In this document: positions 35,041 to 44,501 of the stretch, in pieces
How positions within the stretch are numbered: position 1 is the stretch's first letter
Layout: the number at the start of each line of letters is the position of its first letter
Assembly (NCBI GenBank): GCA_031425655.1
Contig: JANPJS010000292.1
Location: forward strand, 1-61,636
Source: Abditibacteriaceae bacterium
GTDB taxonomy: Bacteria > Armatimonadota > Abditibacteriia > Abditibacteriales > Abditibacteriaceae
Direction: 5' to 3'
DNA: 61,636 nt
Position numbers and translations under genes: made by a program
Notes under the pieces: model-generated
What the model was told of the DNA's origin: nothing
What the model saw: only the letters and a program-made list of their open reading frames with translations
Database searches by the model: none

Positions 35041-36777
35041 ATGCGAAAACATTCAATCTTCCTGTCGCTGTCGGCCCTGCTGGTTTTCGGTTTCGCGCCG
35101 CCGCAATCGGCGGCGCAGCGCACATCGCTGGCCGCCGGCGCGAAAAGCCCCGCGAAAATCGGTGTGGACTTCGATTTACAAGGCTTTATTGACGGCGAAA
35201 TCAAAGCGGGGCGTAAACTCATCGTAGTGCCGCCGGGGCGTTATCGCGTGAGGCCGCGTAACCGCGAGCATCTGGGTTTGCGCGACTTAAAGGATGTGCA
35301 AATCATCGCCGATGGCGTGGAGTTGATCTGCACCGAAACCACGCGCGCCCTGACTATCGCGGGCTGCAAGAATCTCACACTGCGCGGCTTGACCATTGAT
35401 TACGATCCGTTGCCGTTTACGCAGGGCCGCATCACGGCGCTATCGCCTGACAAAACGGTGCATGACATTGAGATTTTCGACGGCTATCCATCGGCGAAAA
35501 CGGCGATCAATTTCAAATACGAAATTTTTCAAAGTGACACGCGCACTCTGCGCTGCGAGGCGCCCGGCCTGGAAAGTGTGGAAGCCCTTGACGCAAAGCA
35601 CTTGCGTCTCACCAAAAATCGCGGCAGCGCCGCGGACCCAGAGCAAATCGGGGACATCATCGCCATCGGCAGCGAAACCGCGCCCGGCGGCAGCATTCCG
35701 CACGCGGTCGTCACTGAAAAATCGGCGGGCGTGCGCCTCGAAAACATTGATTTGTGGGCGTCGAATTGCTTCGGTTTTCTCGAATACGAATGCGACGCCA
35801 CCACTTATCAACGTTGCCGCATTGACCGCCGCCCGGCCAAAGGTGATCTCGTCGTGCGCGGCGATGCGCGTATTCGCTCATTGGATGCCGATGCGTTTCA
35901 CAGCAAACACGCCATCAAAGGCCCGCAGCTTATCAATTGCGTGGCGAAGTTTATGGGCGACGACGCGGTGAACATTTGCGGCAACTATCACATGGTCACG
36001 GCAGGCAACGGTGCCGAACTGCGTGTGCTGGCCAAAGACAAGATTTTCGCGGTCGGCGAACCGGTCGAATTGTGGAGCTACGCAGGTGTGCGCCTGCCCG
36101 ACGCGAAGGTTCTTAAAATCGAGCCGGACGGCAAAATCAACGAGGATGAACGCGCGTTTTTGCTGAAGCAGCGCATGAACGAAAGCATCCGCACGAAATG
36201 GAATGCCGACGCTTATAAAGTGACCTTAGAGCGCGCGGTGCAACTCCCTCAAGGCTCGCTGATCGCTTCAACAAAGCGCATGGGCAATGGCTTTTTAGTG
36301 CAGGGCTGCGATTTTGGCTTTAATCGCTCGCGCGGCATTCTCATCAAGGCCAGCGACGGTAAAGTCATCGGCAACAAAATCAGCGGTAGCCGCATGATGG
36401 CGATTTTAGTGGCGCCCGAATACTGGTGGCTCGAATCGGGCAGTTCCAACAATGTGGAAATTAGCGGTAACACCATCACCGATTGTCTGGACGTGGGCAT
36501 CGAAGTGGTGGCGCACGCCGGAACGGGCAAGCTCGCGCCTTCCGGCGCGCATCGTAAAATCGTTATCAGCGGCAACAAAATCAGCAATAGCCCGCTGCCG
36601 AACATCGTCGTCACTTCGACGAGCGAATTAAGAATCGAAGGCAACTCAATTACGCCATCGGCAGGCAAAATCTCCGACTGGTCACTGCATATGCTCGATT
36701 TGAAAACGGCCAAGCTTGAAGCGGTAATGACGAGCAACTGCGAGGCGCCGCTGGTGCAGGGCAACAAAATTAAATAG
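35041..36777 (+). CDS. Secreted right-handed beta-helix protein, GH110 (alpha-galactosidase)-like
   Basis: Signal peptide MRKHSIFLSLSALLVFG; TIDYDPLPFTQG, DADAFH, MGDDAVNI, RSRGILIK; PbH1-like IxGNxI repeats. Confidence 0.75.
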   Translation: MRKHSIFLSLSALLVFGFAPPQSAAQRTSLAAGAKSPAKIGVDFDLQGFIDGEIKAGRKLIVVPPGRYRVRPRNREHLGLRDLKDVQIIADGVELICTETTRALTIAGCKNLTLRGLTIDYDPLPFTQGRITALSPDKTVHDIEIFDGYPSAKTAINFKYEIFQSDTRTLRCEAPGLESVEALDAKHLRLTKNRGSAADPEQIGDIIAIGSETAPGGSIPHAVVTEKSAGVRLENIDLWASNCFGFLEYECDATTYQRCRIDRRPAKGDLVVRGDARIRSLDADAFHSKHAIKGPQLINCVAKFMGDDAVNICGNYHMVTAGNGAELRVLAKDKIFAVGEPVELWSYAGVRLPDAKVLKIEPDGKINEDERAFLLKQRMNESIRTKWNADAYKVTLERAVQLPQGSLIASTKRMGNGFLVQGCDFGFNRSRGILIKASDGKVIGNKISGSRMMAILVAPEYWWLESGSSNNVEISGNTITDCLDVGIEVVAHAGTGKLAPSGAHRKIVISGNKISNSPLPNIVVTSTSELRIEGNSITPSAGKISDWSLHMLDLKTAKLEAVMTSNCEAPLVQGNKIK

Positions 36778-36830
36778 ACGCCCGATATTGTTATGCTCTC
36801 ACCGGTTTAACCTGAAGTTGAGACTCCTTT

Positions 36831-36958
36831 AGTGGAACACGGATTTCACGGAAACGACACGGATTTGCGCGGTTAACAAGGAAAAGGTGTGCTTGGCAGA
36901 GTCACCTCCAAGAAATCCGTGTTGATCCGTGTCGTTTCCGTGAAATCCGTGTTCCATT
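36831..36958. repeat. GGAACACGGAT-family palindromic element, copy 2
   Basis: tggaacacggatttcacggaaacgacacggat ... atccgtgtcgtttccgtgaaatccgtgttcca. Confidence 0.85.
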
Positions 36959-37002
36959 AAAAGTCTTGATTGCAGCCGATGTAACAACAACGGAGCAAAA
37001 TT

Positions 37003-38151
37003 ATGGCAAAAGAAAACCTGAAAAAGAACGAAAAAGCCGCCCCGAAAGCCACGCAACCGGCGGGCAATCCGATTTTGGAAGTCGGCTCGGCGAAGCCAGT
37101 GAAGAATCCGGTTCGCTGCGGCATTGTCGGATTGGGACGCATCGGCTGGTGCCATCACGCGCAGACGATTTCGCAGCACGGCGGCTTTGAACTCACCGCC
37201 GTGTGCGATGTGGAAGCCGAGCGCCGCGACGAAGCGAAGGCGGCGGCGAACTGCGCGACGTATGCGCGGTTTGAAGAATTGCTGGCCGATAAAAACATCG
37301 AATTAGTCATCGTCGCCACGCAATCGGTTGACCACGAAGCGATGACGATTGCCGCGCTCAAAGCCGGTAAGCACGTTTTGTGCGAAAAGCCGGCGGCGCA
37401 AGGCGCGGCGGGCGTCAAACGTATGATCGCGGCGGCCAAAAAGTCGGGCACGCTGCTGACGATGCACCACAATTATCGGCTGAACCCGGAATTTCTTTAC
37501 GTGCGCGAAGTGATGCAAAGTGGCATTTTAGGCAAAATCGTGCGCATGAAGCGCAGCCATCAGGGTTTCGCGCGGCGCAACGATTGGCAGGTGCTGCGCA
37601 AATACGGTGGCGGCATGACCGGCAACTGGGGCATTCATCTTGTGGACGCCTGCCTGCAACTGCTCGATTCACCGGTGCAAGATGTTTGGGGCGATGTGAA
37701 GCAGGTTTTTAATCCCGGCGATGCCGAAGACGACATCAAAGCCATCATTCGCGGGACGAGCGGCATGACTTTGGACATTGACATGAACAGCACCAACGCC
37801 GCGCCCGAACCGAGTTGGGTCGTGGCCGGCGATTGCGGAACGCTTTGGCTCGACGGCAAAACCGCGCATATTAAGTTCTTCGAGCGCAAAAAGCTGCCCA
37901 AACTCGCCGTCAACGATTTGCACTTGGCTTTAGGCCGCGCTTACGGCGTGCAGCCCAACCCCGATTTAATTCCGTGGCAGGAGCGTGAAGAAGCCATCGT
38001 GCCCAAAAAGAAGTATGCGAGCTTCTACGACAACCTTTTCGATGCGATTCGCAAGCAAAAACCGTTGCTCATCGAGCCGGAAAGCGCCTTACGCACTTAC
38101 GAAGTGCTGGACAAAATTCGCAAAGGCAGCCGCTTTGCGCCGGGGAAATAG
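37003..38151 (+). CDS. Gfo/Idh/MocA family oxidoreductase
   Basis: GIVGLGRIG, ALKAGKHVLCEKP, GGGMTGNWGIHLVD; GGAG RBS. Confidence 0.93.
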   Translation: MAKENLKKNEKAAPKATQPAGNPILEVGSAKPVKNPVRCGIVGLGRIGWCHHAQTISQHGGFELTAVCDVEAERRDEAKAAANCATYARFEELLADKNIELVIVATQSVDHEAMTIAALKAGKHVLCEKPAAQGAAGVKRMIAAAKKSGTLLTMHHNYRLNPEFLYVREVMQSGILGKIVRMKRSHQGFARRNDWQVLRKYGGGMTGNWGIHLVDACLQLLDSPVQDVWGDVKQVFNPGDAEDDIKAIIRGTSGMTLDIDMNSTNAAPEPSWVVAGDCGTLWLDGKTAHIKFFERKKLPKLAVNDLHLALGRAYGVQPNPDLIPWQEREEAIVPKKKYASFYDNLFDAIRKQKPLLIEPESALRTYEVLDKIRKGSRFAPGK

Positions 38152-38270
38152 CTTTCAATAGAACACGGATTCCACGGAAACGGCCACGGATTTTCGCAGA
38201 TCAGTTCAAAGAAAATCAGCGAAACTCCGTGGCCGTTTCCGTGTGCCGAAGGCCCGTGTTCCATTGAAAG
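38152..38270. repeat. GGAACACGGAT-family palindromic element, copy 3
   Basis: ctttcaatagaacacgg ... ccgtgttccattgaaag; fills almost the whole intergenic gap. Confidence 0.85.
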
Positions 38271-38277
38271 TTATGAC

Positions 38278-38694
38278 ATGATTCAAATTACGCCGCTCAC
38301 AGCGATAAACGAAAGCGATATTACGCTGGATTTCGTGCGTTCGTCGGGCGCGGGCGGCCAAAACGTCAATAAAGTCTCGACGGCGGTGCAACTTCGCTTC
38401 GATTTGGCGCGTTCGGCGCTGCCCGATGACCTGAAAGAGCGATTAGCGAAGTTGGCCGGCAAGCGTTTGACGCAGGACGGCGTGCTGATTCTCAAAGCGC
38501 AGTCGCATCGCACGCAGGAGCGCAACCGTCAGGACGCGATGGAGCGCTTGGCCGAACTGATCGCGCAAGCCGAAAAGCGGCCAATTGTGCGCCGCCCGAC
38601 CAAGCCAACACGCGCCTCGCAGCGTCGCCGTCTCGATTCCAAACGGCGGCGGGGCGAGATCAAACAGGCGCGCGGCGCGGTGCCGGACGAATAA
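38278..38694 (+). CDS. arfB: Alternative ribosome rescue peptidyl-tRNA hydrolase ArfB (YaeJ)
   Basis: RSSGAGGQNVNKVSTAVQLRFD, RTQERNR, basic tail RRPTKPTRASQRRRLDSKRRRG. Confidence 0.95.
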   Translation: MIQITPLTAINESDITLDFVRSSGAGGQNVNKVSTAVQLRFDLARSALPDDLKERLAKLAGKRLTQDGVLILKAQSHRTQERNRQDAMERLAELIAQAEKRPIVRRPTKPTRASQRRRLDSKRRRGEIKQARGAVPDE

Positions 38695-38811
38695 GCGGGC
38701 AATTATCAGGTATTGAGGCGTTGAGGACGGATGAAAGCCTACCTTGCCGCACACGCGACATCCTGTGATACAATAAGAGCGAAGTAACTTCCAATTATCA
38801 ACAAGGTCGTC

Positions 38812-39555
38812 ATGCGCAGTGCAAAACTTCCCGATGCAGATGTCTTGCTGCACCTGAACTTGTTAAACGTCCTTTCGCCTATTCAAAGAGCGCAATTACA
38901 TTCGCGGATGCAATTTCGTGTCTTCCTCGCCGGAGAACTCATGCTTGAGCATGAGAAGCGCAGCAAAGCGCTGTTCTGGATTCACGAAGGCAGTGTCAAA
39001 GTCGTGACCGGCGCGAAGGCTGCCCCGACATCCGGCACCCGCGAAGCGGTGTTGAACGTGCGCGGTGCAGGAGCCATTCTCGGCGAATTGAACGCTTTTG
39101 ACGGCAACGGGCACACGGCCAGCGTCGTGGCGCTCGAAGAGACTACGTGCTTCATGCTCGCGATTGCCGATTTTCATCAGGCCATCGAAAACGCGCCGGC
39201 GTTGGGACACGCGGCCACGCGCTACTTTGTAGATTGCATCCGCCTTAATACCGAGCGGCACGAAGTGATGGCACTGCACAACGTGGCCTGCGTGCTGGCC
39301 GGCCAATTCTTGCAGCTTTCCGACACTTGGGGACAGGCTGCTGATGAACATGGGGCAATGCTGCTGCCTTTTCCTCTCACACAAACTTTGCTGTCCGGCC
39401 TGACCGGGCATAGCCGCGAGCGTGTCAGTCGCGCCGTTGGAAGTTTTGAAAGCGCCGGTTATATCTGCTGCGCTCCTCGCCACCGCATCGTCATTCGCAA
39501 TCACGCCGCGCTTCGCCAAGTGCTGACTGGCTGTGTGCCCCAAGCCGGATTGTAA
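38812..39555 (+). CDS. Crp/Fnr family transcriptional regulator
   Basis: cNMP-binding fold (IHEGSVKV, ILGEL, TASVVALE) and C-terminal HTH LTQTLLSGLTGHSRERVSR. Confidence 0.9.
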   Translation: MRSAKLPDADVLLHLNLLNVLSPIQRAQLHSRMQFRVFLAGELMLEHEKRSKALFWIHEGSVKVVTGAKAAPTSGTREAVLNVRGAGAILGELNAFDGNGHTASVVALEETTCFMLAIADFHQAIENAPALGHAATRYFVDCIRLNTERHEVMALHNVACVLAGQFLQLSDTWGQAADEHGAMLLPFPLTQTLLSGLTGHSRERVSRAVGSFESAGYICCAPRHRIVIRNHAALRQVLTGCVPQAGL

Positions 39556-39620
39556 AAAAGCCACGCCGTTCTGCAGATTTGCGGCCCCTTTCCACGTTTC
39601 AAGCCCTTTTTAACGCGTTT

Positions 39621-39659
39621 TGTGACAAATGTCACAATCTGAGTGTGACAAATGTCACA
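39621..39659. promoter_or_regulatory. Two identical CRP-consensus sites (TGTGA-N6-TCACA)
   Basis: tgtgacaaatgtcaca at 39621-39636 and 39644-39659, between the Crp-family gene and the 1451-aa secreted protein gene. Confidence 0.8.
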
Positions 39660-40021
39660 TTTCGGGGCCGTTTTGTGCCAATAAAGCCACATATAATCAG
39701 AAGGCACATTATTATTTTCGCGTCGTGATACCTCTTCGCTTCGCTCTTTTGTGCGCCGTAAATCCCTATTTTGCAGCGGTTTTTAACAAAGCGGCCATTC
39801 CATTAACAGTGGCACCGCGTTTTTGACGAACAAGCGTCGCATTATCTGCGACCGATTATCAAACTTCAAATTTGGGTCTGCTACAAGGAGTGAATTCATC
39901 AAGTAAGCCACATCCCACCGTTTGAGCCGTTGAACTATGCTTGCGCTGCAAAGCGCGGCCTAAGCCGTAGAACTCAGAAGTAACGGACATTTCCTGTGAC
40001 AAGGAAAGCAAAGGATTTCTC

Positions 40022-43000
40022 ATGAACAAAATTTTTAGAACGATGACAATGTCGTTCCTCCTGCTGGCAGGGCTATTCGCCTTAGGGGCCAAACCTGCTC
40101 ATGCCACTTTGAACGCTTATACCGACCTGGCCAGTTTTCAAGCTGCAGCAGGGGCCACATCAAGCGAAAACTTCGACGCCGAAACCCCACGAAACCTCGC
40201 AACGCCATCTTCTCCGACCTTTAACGGCACCTTCAGCAAGTTTTCCGTATCCGGAAACGCCCAGGGTGACTACTATTCCATTGCTCCCGGCACGGCAAGA
40301 GGCAACATTAACGGCACGAACTTCCTATATTGTTCAGAAACTGCTCCCGGCACCACGAATTACGATGGCAATGGCTTCACTGGCCCCGATTACCAATTCA
40401 ACTTTACGGCGCAGATAACCGCTATTGGCTTCAATTGGACGGATACCGACCCCAGTGATAACTACAAAGTCACCATCAATGGCAGAGATTTTACTAGTCC
40501 CCCATTCGTTTCCGGCGGAACCGGCAGCGGCTTCTTCGGCGTGGTAGCAACCGGCGGCGAAACTTTCACCCTCGTGAGCTTTTTGCAAAACGCCGCCGGA
40601 GGAAGGGTCGATCCGTTTGGCATCGACAACGTGCTCTTCACCGATGCAGCGCAGTCCGGGCCGAATTTCCTGGTCAATGTGGCTACTGACAAGGACGATG
40701 GCGTTTGCAGCACCGGCGATTGCAGCCTGCGCGAAGCGATTAACGCCGCCAACAGCATCGCGGGCACCGATACGATCAACTTCGTATCGGGCATCACCTA
40801 CATCTCGCTGACTCAGGGCGCACTGCCCGCTCTTGCGAGCAATGTCAGCATCATCGGCAACACGGCTGGGGTGACGGTGGATGGCGAGATCCTGGCGTTT
40901 AGCGTCCTCAAGGTGAACAACGGCGCCACTGTGAGCCTGAGTCGCCTGACCCTCACCAACGGCTCCGTTGGGGTCGGGAATAGCGGCGCGCTGACCGTCA
41001 ACAACTGCACCTTCAGCTTCAACGCCGGTTCTGGCCTCTACAACGAGAGCACGGTAAACGCCACGAACTGCACCTTCGATAGCAACGTCGGCAGCAGCGG
41101 CTTCCATACCGTTGGCGGGAATGCGACTGCCGCTAACTGCACGAGCACCGGCAACCGCATCGGCGCCAATGCCGAAAACGGCGGCACCTTGGATTTGCTC
41201 AACTGCACCATAAGCGGCAACAACGAGCTTGCACTTTACAACTTTGATAGCAGCATAACGGTGAAGAACACCATCGCGATTGGCGGCACCAGCGGCGCCG
41301 TCAACGACGGTGGCAACAACATCATCGGTGGCACGGCGGCAGAGGCAGGTCTCGACCCCGCCGGTCTGAAAAACAACGGCGGCCCGACCCAAACCATCGC
41401 GCTGACGACCAGAGGCACGGCGGTCAATTCGGGCAGCGATGCAGCGGCAGCCGGACTGACATATGACCAGCGCGGCACAGGTTTCCCCCGCAAGATTGGC
41501 AGCAGCGTGGACATTGGCGCTTATGAATCGAGTTTCGTCAACCAGGCGCCCACTCTCCAGTGCCCGGCAGCGGCCAGCACGCAATGCACGACTGATAATG
41601 TGACGCTTAGCGCTCATGTCGAAGACGCCGACGGCAACCCACTCACGGTAACCTGGGTCATCAATGGCAACATTAAGCAGACGACCCTTGTGCCCACAGG
41701 CGGCCCGCCAACTTCGGCCAATGTCAGCTTTACGCACACCTACGCGGTGGGCACAACAATCGTCCAGGTCAACGTGTCCGATGGCACGGCGGCTGCCGTC
41801 AGTTGCACCACGACAGTCACGGTCAAAGACAACACGGCACCAGTGCCGGATGTCGCTCCCCTGGCTGACGTAACGGGCCAGTGCTCCGCGACCATAGCCG
41901 CCGCGCCCACAGCGACCGACAATTGTGCCGGTCAGCTCACCGGGACAACCACCGATGCTCTGACCTACACGACGCAGGGCACTCACGTAGTGACCTGGAC
42001 CTACGATGACGGCAATGGCAACACGTTCACGCAGACGCAGAACGTGGTCGTCAAAGACACCACCAAGCCGGACGTAACCAAGGGCACTATCGCCGCTTGT
42101 TACAAAACTGCTGGCGACGCTGAGGCCGCAGCCCTGGCCGCAACCACGGCGACGGACAACTGCTCCGCTGCAGCTAACTTGGTCAAGAGTGCATCAACGG
42201 TTGGAGACTGCGAGGCAACGATCACGGTGACGGTGACCGATGAATATGGCAACTTCGACAGCGTGAACTATGCGACGCGCATTGACAACACGCCGCCGAC
42301 AGTAACCAAGGGCACCATCGCTGCTTGCTACAAGAGCACTGGTGACGCTGAGGCCGCAGCCCTGGCCGCGACCACGGCAACGGACAACTGCGAGGGCGCT
42401 CTGACCAAGACGGTTTCTACGGTTGGAGATTGCGAAGCTGTGATCACGGTGACCTTTACCGATGGCTGCGGTAACGCCGCCAGTGTGGCTTACAAAACAC
42501 GCATTGACAACACGCCACCTGTCATCACTTGCCCGAAGGCTGCGACCGTTGATTGCAGCGAGTCAGCATACCCACCCCACACCGGCACTGCTACCGCCAC
42601 TGACAATTGTGGCAAGGTCGAAGTGACTTTCACCGACGTTTTACACATTAACGCGAGCAAGCCCCGTCAGGGCACGATCGACCGCACATGGACGGCCAAA
42701 GACGAGTGTGGCAATGTCTCGACGTGCCTCCAGATCATCACCGTGACTGATACCAAAGCACCCGTTATCGTGTGCCCGGCTCCTACAACGGTGGATAACG
42801 ATCCCGGTCTTTGCTCGGCCAAAGTCACTATTGCTCCCCTCTACGCTGCAGACATCTGCGACGTAAGCGTTGAGGCCACGGGCAAGCGTAGCGACAACCT
42901 GGCGCTCACCGCTCCTTACCCGGTTGGCACCACGACCATCCGCTGGACAGCCACAGATAGTTCCGGCAATGCAGTAAGCTGCGACCAGACTATCACGGTG

Positions 43001-44377
43001 AAAGACGTGGAGAAACCAAAGGCCAACGCGGATACGGCAACAACCAACGAAGACACCGCCGAAACCATTGCGGTGCTGGCCAACGATACGGACAACTGCG
43101 GCTCGGTGACACTGACAAGCGTTGGAACGGCTTCTCATGGCACTGTAACGAAAAACGCCGATGGAACGGTGAAATACGCGCCGGCTGCCAACTTCAACGG
43201 CACCGATACTTTCACCTACACCATCACCGATGCACATGGCAACACGATGACGGGCACCGTTACCGTTACCGTGAAACCAGTCAACGACCAGCCCAAACTG
43301 GCCGACGTGAAAGTGGCTCCGAGCGAGATCGACGAGAACAACTTAGCGACCGTAACAGGCACCTTCAGCGATGTTGATCTGGCTGACACTACACCTGACA
43401 CTCACAAAATCGTCATCAACTGGGGCGACGGTTCGACTAACACCGTGATTAACCCGGCTACGAGTCCCTTTACAGCGACGCACTTGTATGCGGACGACAA
43501 TCCGACGGGCACCGCCTCTGATGTAAACACCATCACGGTCACGCTGACCGACAGCAGCAGTGCTGCCAACAACAGCGATACCGCGACGACTACCATCAAG
43601 GTCAACAACGTGGCGCCTGTTATCACCAGCGCCATCGCAGGCTTGCCGGTCGCGCCCATTCAAGACGGCACGGCAGCAGCGACGGTCACAGCCAATGCCA
43701 CCTTCAGCGATGTGGGCACGCAGGACACCCACACGGCGACATGGACTTGGGGCGACGGAGCCACCTCGGCTGGCACTGTTACCGAAACCAACGGCTCCGG
43801 CTCGGTCAGCGGCAGCCATACTTACACCACAGCGGGCGTTTATACCATCACGCTGACGGTGGAGGACGATGACACCGGAGTCTCCAATGTCGTGACCTAC
43901 CAGTTCGTGGTGGTCTACGCTCCAGAGGATGGCTTCGTGACCGGCGGCGGTTGGATCAATTCGCCCGCCGGAGCTTACAAGGCCAATCCGACCCTCACGG
44001 GCAAAGCCAACTTTGGCTTCAACTCGAAGTATAAGAGCGGCCAGAGTGTGCCCACAGGCAACACCGAGTTCCAATTCCATGCAGGCAACATGAACTTCAA
44101 GAGTTCGGTCTACGAATGGATGGTTATTTCGGGCCAGAAGGTGCGCTATCGTGGCACCGGCACGATCAATGGCAGCGGCAGCTACGGTTTTGAGCTGACG
44201 GCCATTGACAGTAAAGTGTCGGGCGCCATTACCAGCGACCGCTTCCGCATCAAGATCTGGGATAAGAATAAGGGCAACAGCGTTGTCTATGACAACCAGG
44301 TCAATGGCGACGCCGCCGATGGCGCCGACCCGACGACAACATTAGGCGGTGGCAACATCACTATCCACAAATCGTGA
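40022..44377 (+). CDS. Large secreted multidomain protein: CSLREA, choice-of-anchor Q, HYR/Ig-like repeats, PKD-like domains
   Basis: Signal peptide ending AHA; literal CSLREAI; NNGGPT..DQRG..DIGAYE; repeated ATDNC/D.T.P units; NEDT..VLAND..FNGTDTFTY; WGDG; 228-bp internal duplication (42074/42302). Confidence 0.9.
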   Translation: MNKIFRTMTMSFLLLAGLFALGAKPAHATLNAYTDLASFQAAAGATSSENFDAETPRNLATPSSPTFNGTFSKFSVSGNAQGDYYSIAPGTARGNINGTNFLYCSETAPGTTNYDGNGFTGPDYQFNFTAQITAIGFNWTDTDPSDNYKVTINGRDFTSPPFVSGGTGSGFFGVVATGGETFTLVSFLQNAAGGRVDPFGIDNVLFTDAAQSGPNFLVNVATDKDDGVCSTGDCSLREAINAANSIAGTDTINFVSGITYISLTQGALPALASNVSIIGNTAGVTVDGEILAFSVLKVNNGATVSLSRLTLTNGSVGVGNSGALTVNNCTFSFNAGSGLYNESTVNATNCTFDSNVGSSGFHTVGGNATAANCTSTGNRIGANAENGGTLDLLNCTISGNNELALYNFDSSITVKNTIAIGGTSGAVNDGGNNIIGGTAAEAGLDPAGLKNNGGPTQTIALTTRGTAVNSGSDAAAAGLTYDQRGTGFPRKIGSSVDIGAYESSFVNQAPTLQCPAAASTQCTTDNVTLSAHVEDADGNPLTVTWVINGNIKQTTLVPTGGPPTSANVSFTHTYAVGTTIVQVNVSDGTAAAVSCTTTVTVKDNTAPVPDVAPLADVTGQCSATIAAAPTATDNCAGQLTGTTTDALTYTTQGTHVVTWTYDDGNGNTFTQTQNVVVKDTTKPDVTKGTIAACYKTAGDAEAAALAATTATDNCSAAANLVKSASTVGDCEATITVTVTDEYGNFDSVNYATRIDNTPPTVTKGTIAACYKSTGDAEAAALAATTATDNCEGALTKTVSTVGDCEAVITVTFTDGCGNAASVAYKTRIDNTPPVITCPKAATVDCSESAYPPHTGTATATDNCGKVEVTFTDVLHINASKPRQGTIDRTWTAKDECGNVSTCLQIITVTDTKAPVIVCPAPTTVDNDPGLCSAKVTIAPLYAADICDVSVEATGKRSDNLALTAPYPVGTTTIRWTATDSSGNAVSCDQTITVKDVEKPKANADTATTNEDTAETIAVLANDTDNCGSVTLTSVGTASHGTVTKNADGTVKYAPAANFNGTDTFTYTITDAHGNTMTGTVTVTVKPVNDQPKLADVKVAPSEIDENNLATVTGTFSDVDLADTTPDTHKIVINWGDGSTNTVINPATSPFTATHLYADDNPTGTASDVNTITVTLTDSSSAANNSDTATTTIKVNNVAPVITSAIAGLPVAPIQDGTAAATVTANATFSDVGTQDTHTATWTWGDGATSAGTVTETNGSGSVSGSHTYTTAGVYTITLTVEDDDTGVSNVVTYQFVVVYAPEDGFVTGGGWINSPAGAYKANPTLTGKANFGFNSKYKSGQSVPTGNTEFQFHAGNMNFKSSVYEWMVISGQKVRYRGTGTINGSGSYGFELTAIDSKVSGAITSDRFRIKIWDKNKGNSVVYDNQVNGDAADGADPTTTLGGGNITIHKS

Positions 44378-44415
44378 TTCCCGCCTGCTTAGTTGTTCCG
44401 TCGTAGCGAATGAGT

Positions 44416-44459
44416 AAGCCAACAGCGGCTGTATCGAAAGATGCAGCCGCTGTTGGTTT
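44416..44459 (+). terminator. Probable intrinsic terminator
   Basis: ccaacagcggctgtatc-gaaa-gatgcagccgctgttgg-ttt after the stop at 44377. Confidence 0.6.
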
Positions 44460-44501
44460 GCACTACGCATGATGTCAAATAAAATAAGAGAATTCAAAAC
44501 A

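Noticed and set aside
34825..37251. 200-bp repeat pair considered as a DGR TR/VR or prophage att sites
   Set aside because: Mismatches are mostly synonymous and not confined to adenines; no reverse transcriptase, integrase or phage genes are nearby.
39940..39990. Partial resemblance to a c-di-GMP-I riboswitch (gcaaagcgcggcctaagcc)
   Set aside because: The upstream GGCAAA/GAAA-tetraloop stem is not evident. An Rfam search would be needed, so it is not called.
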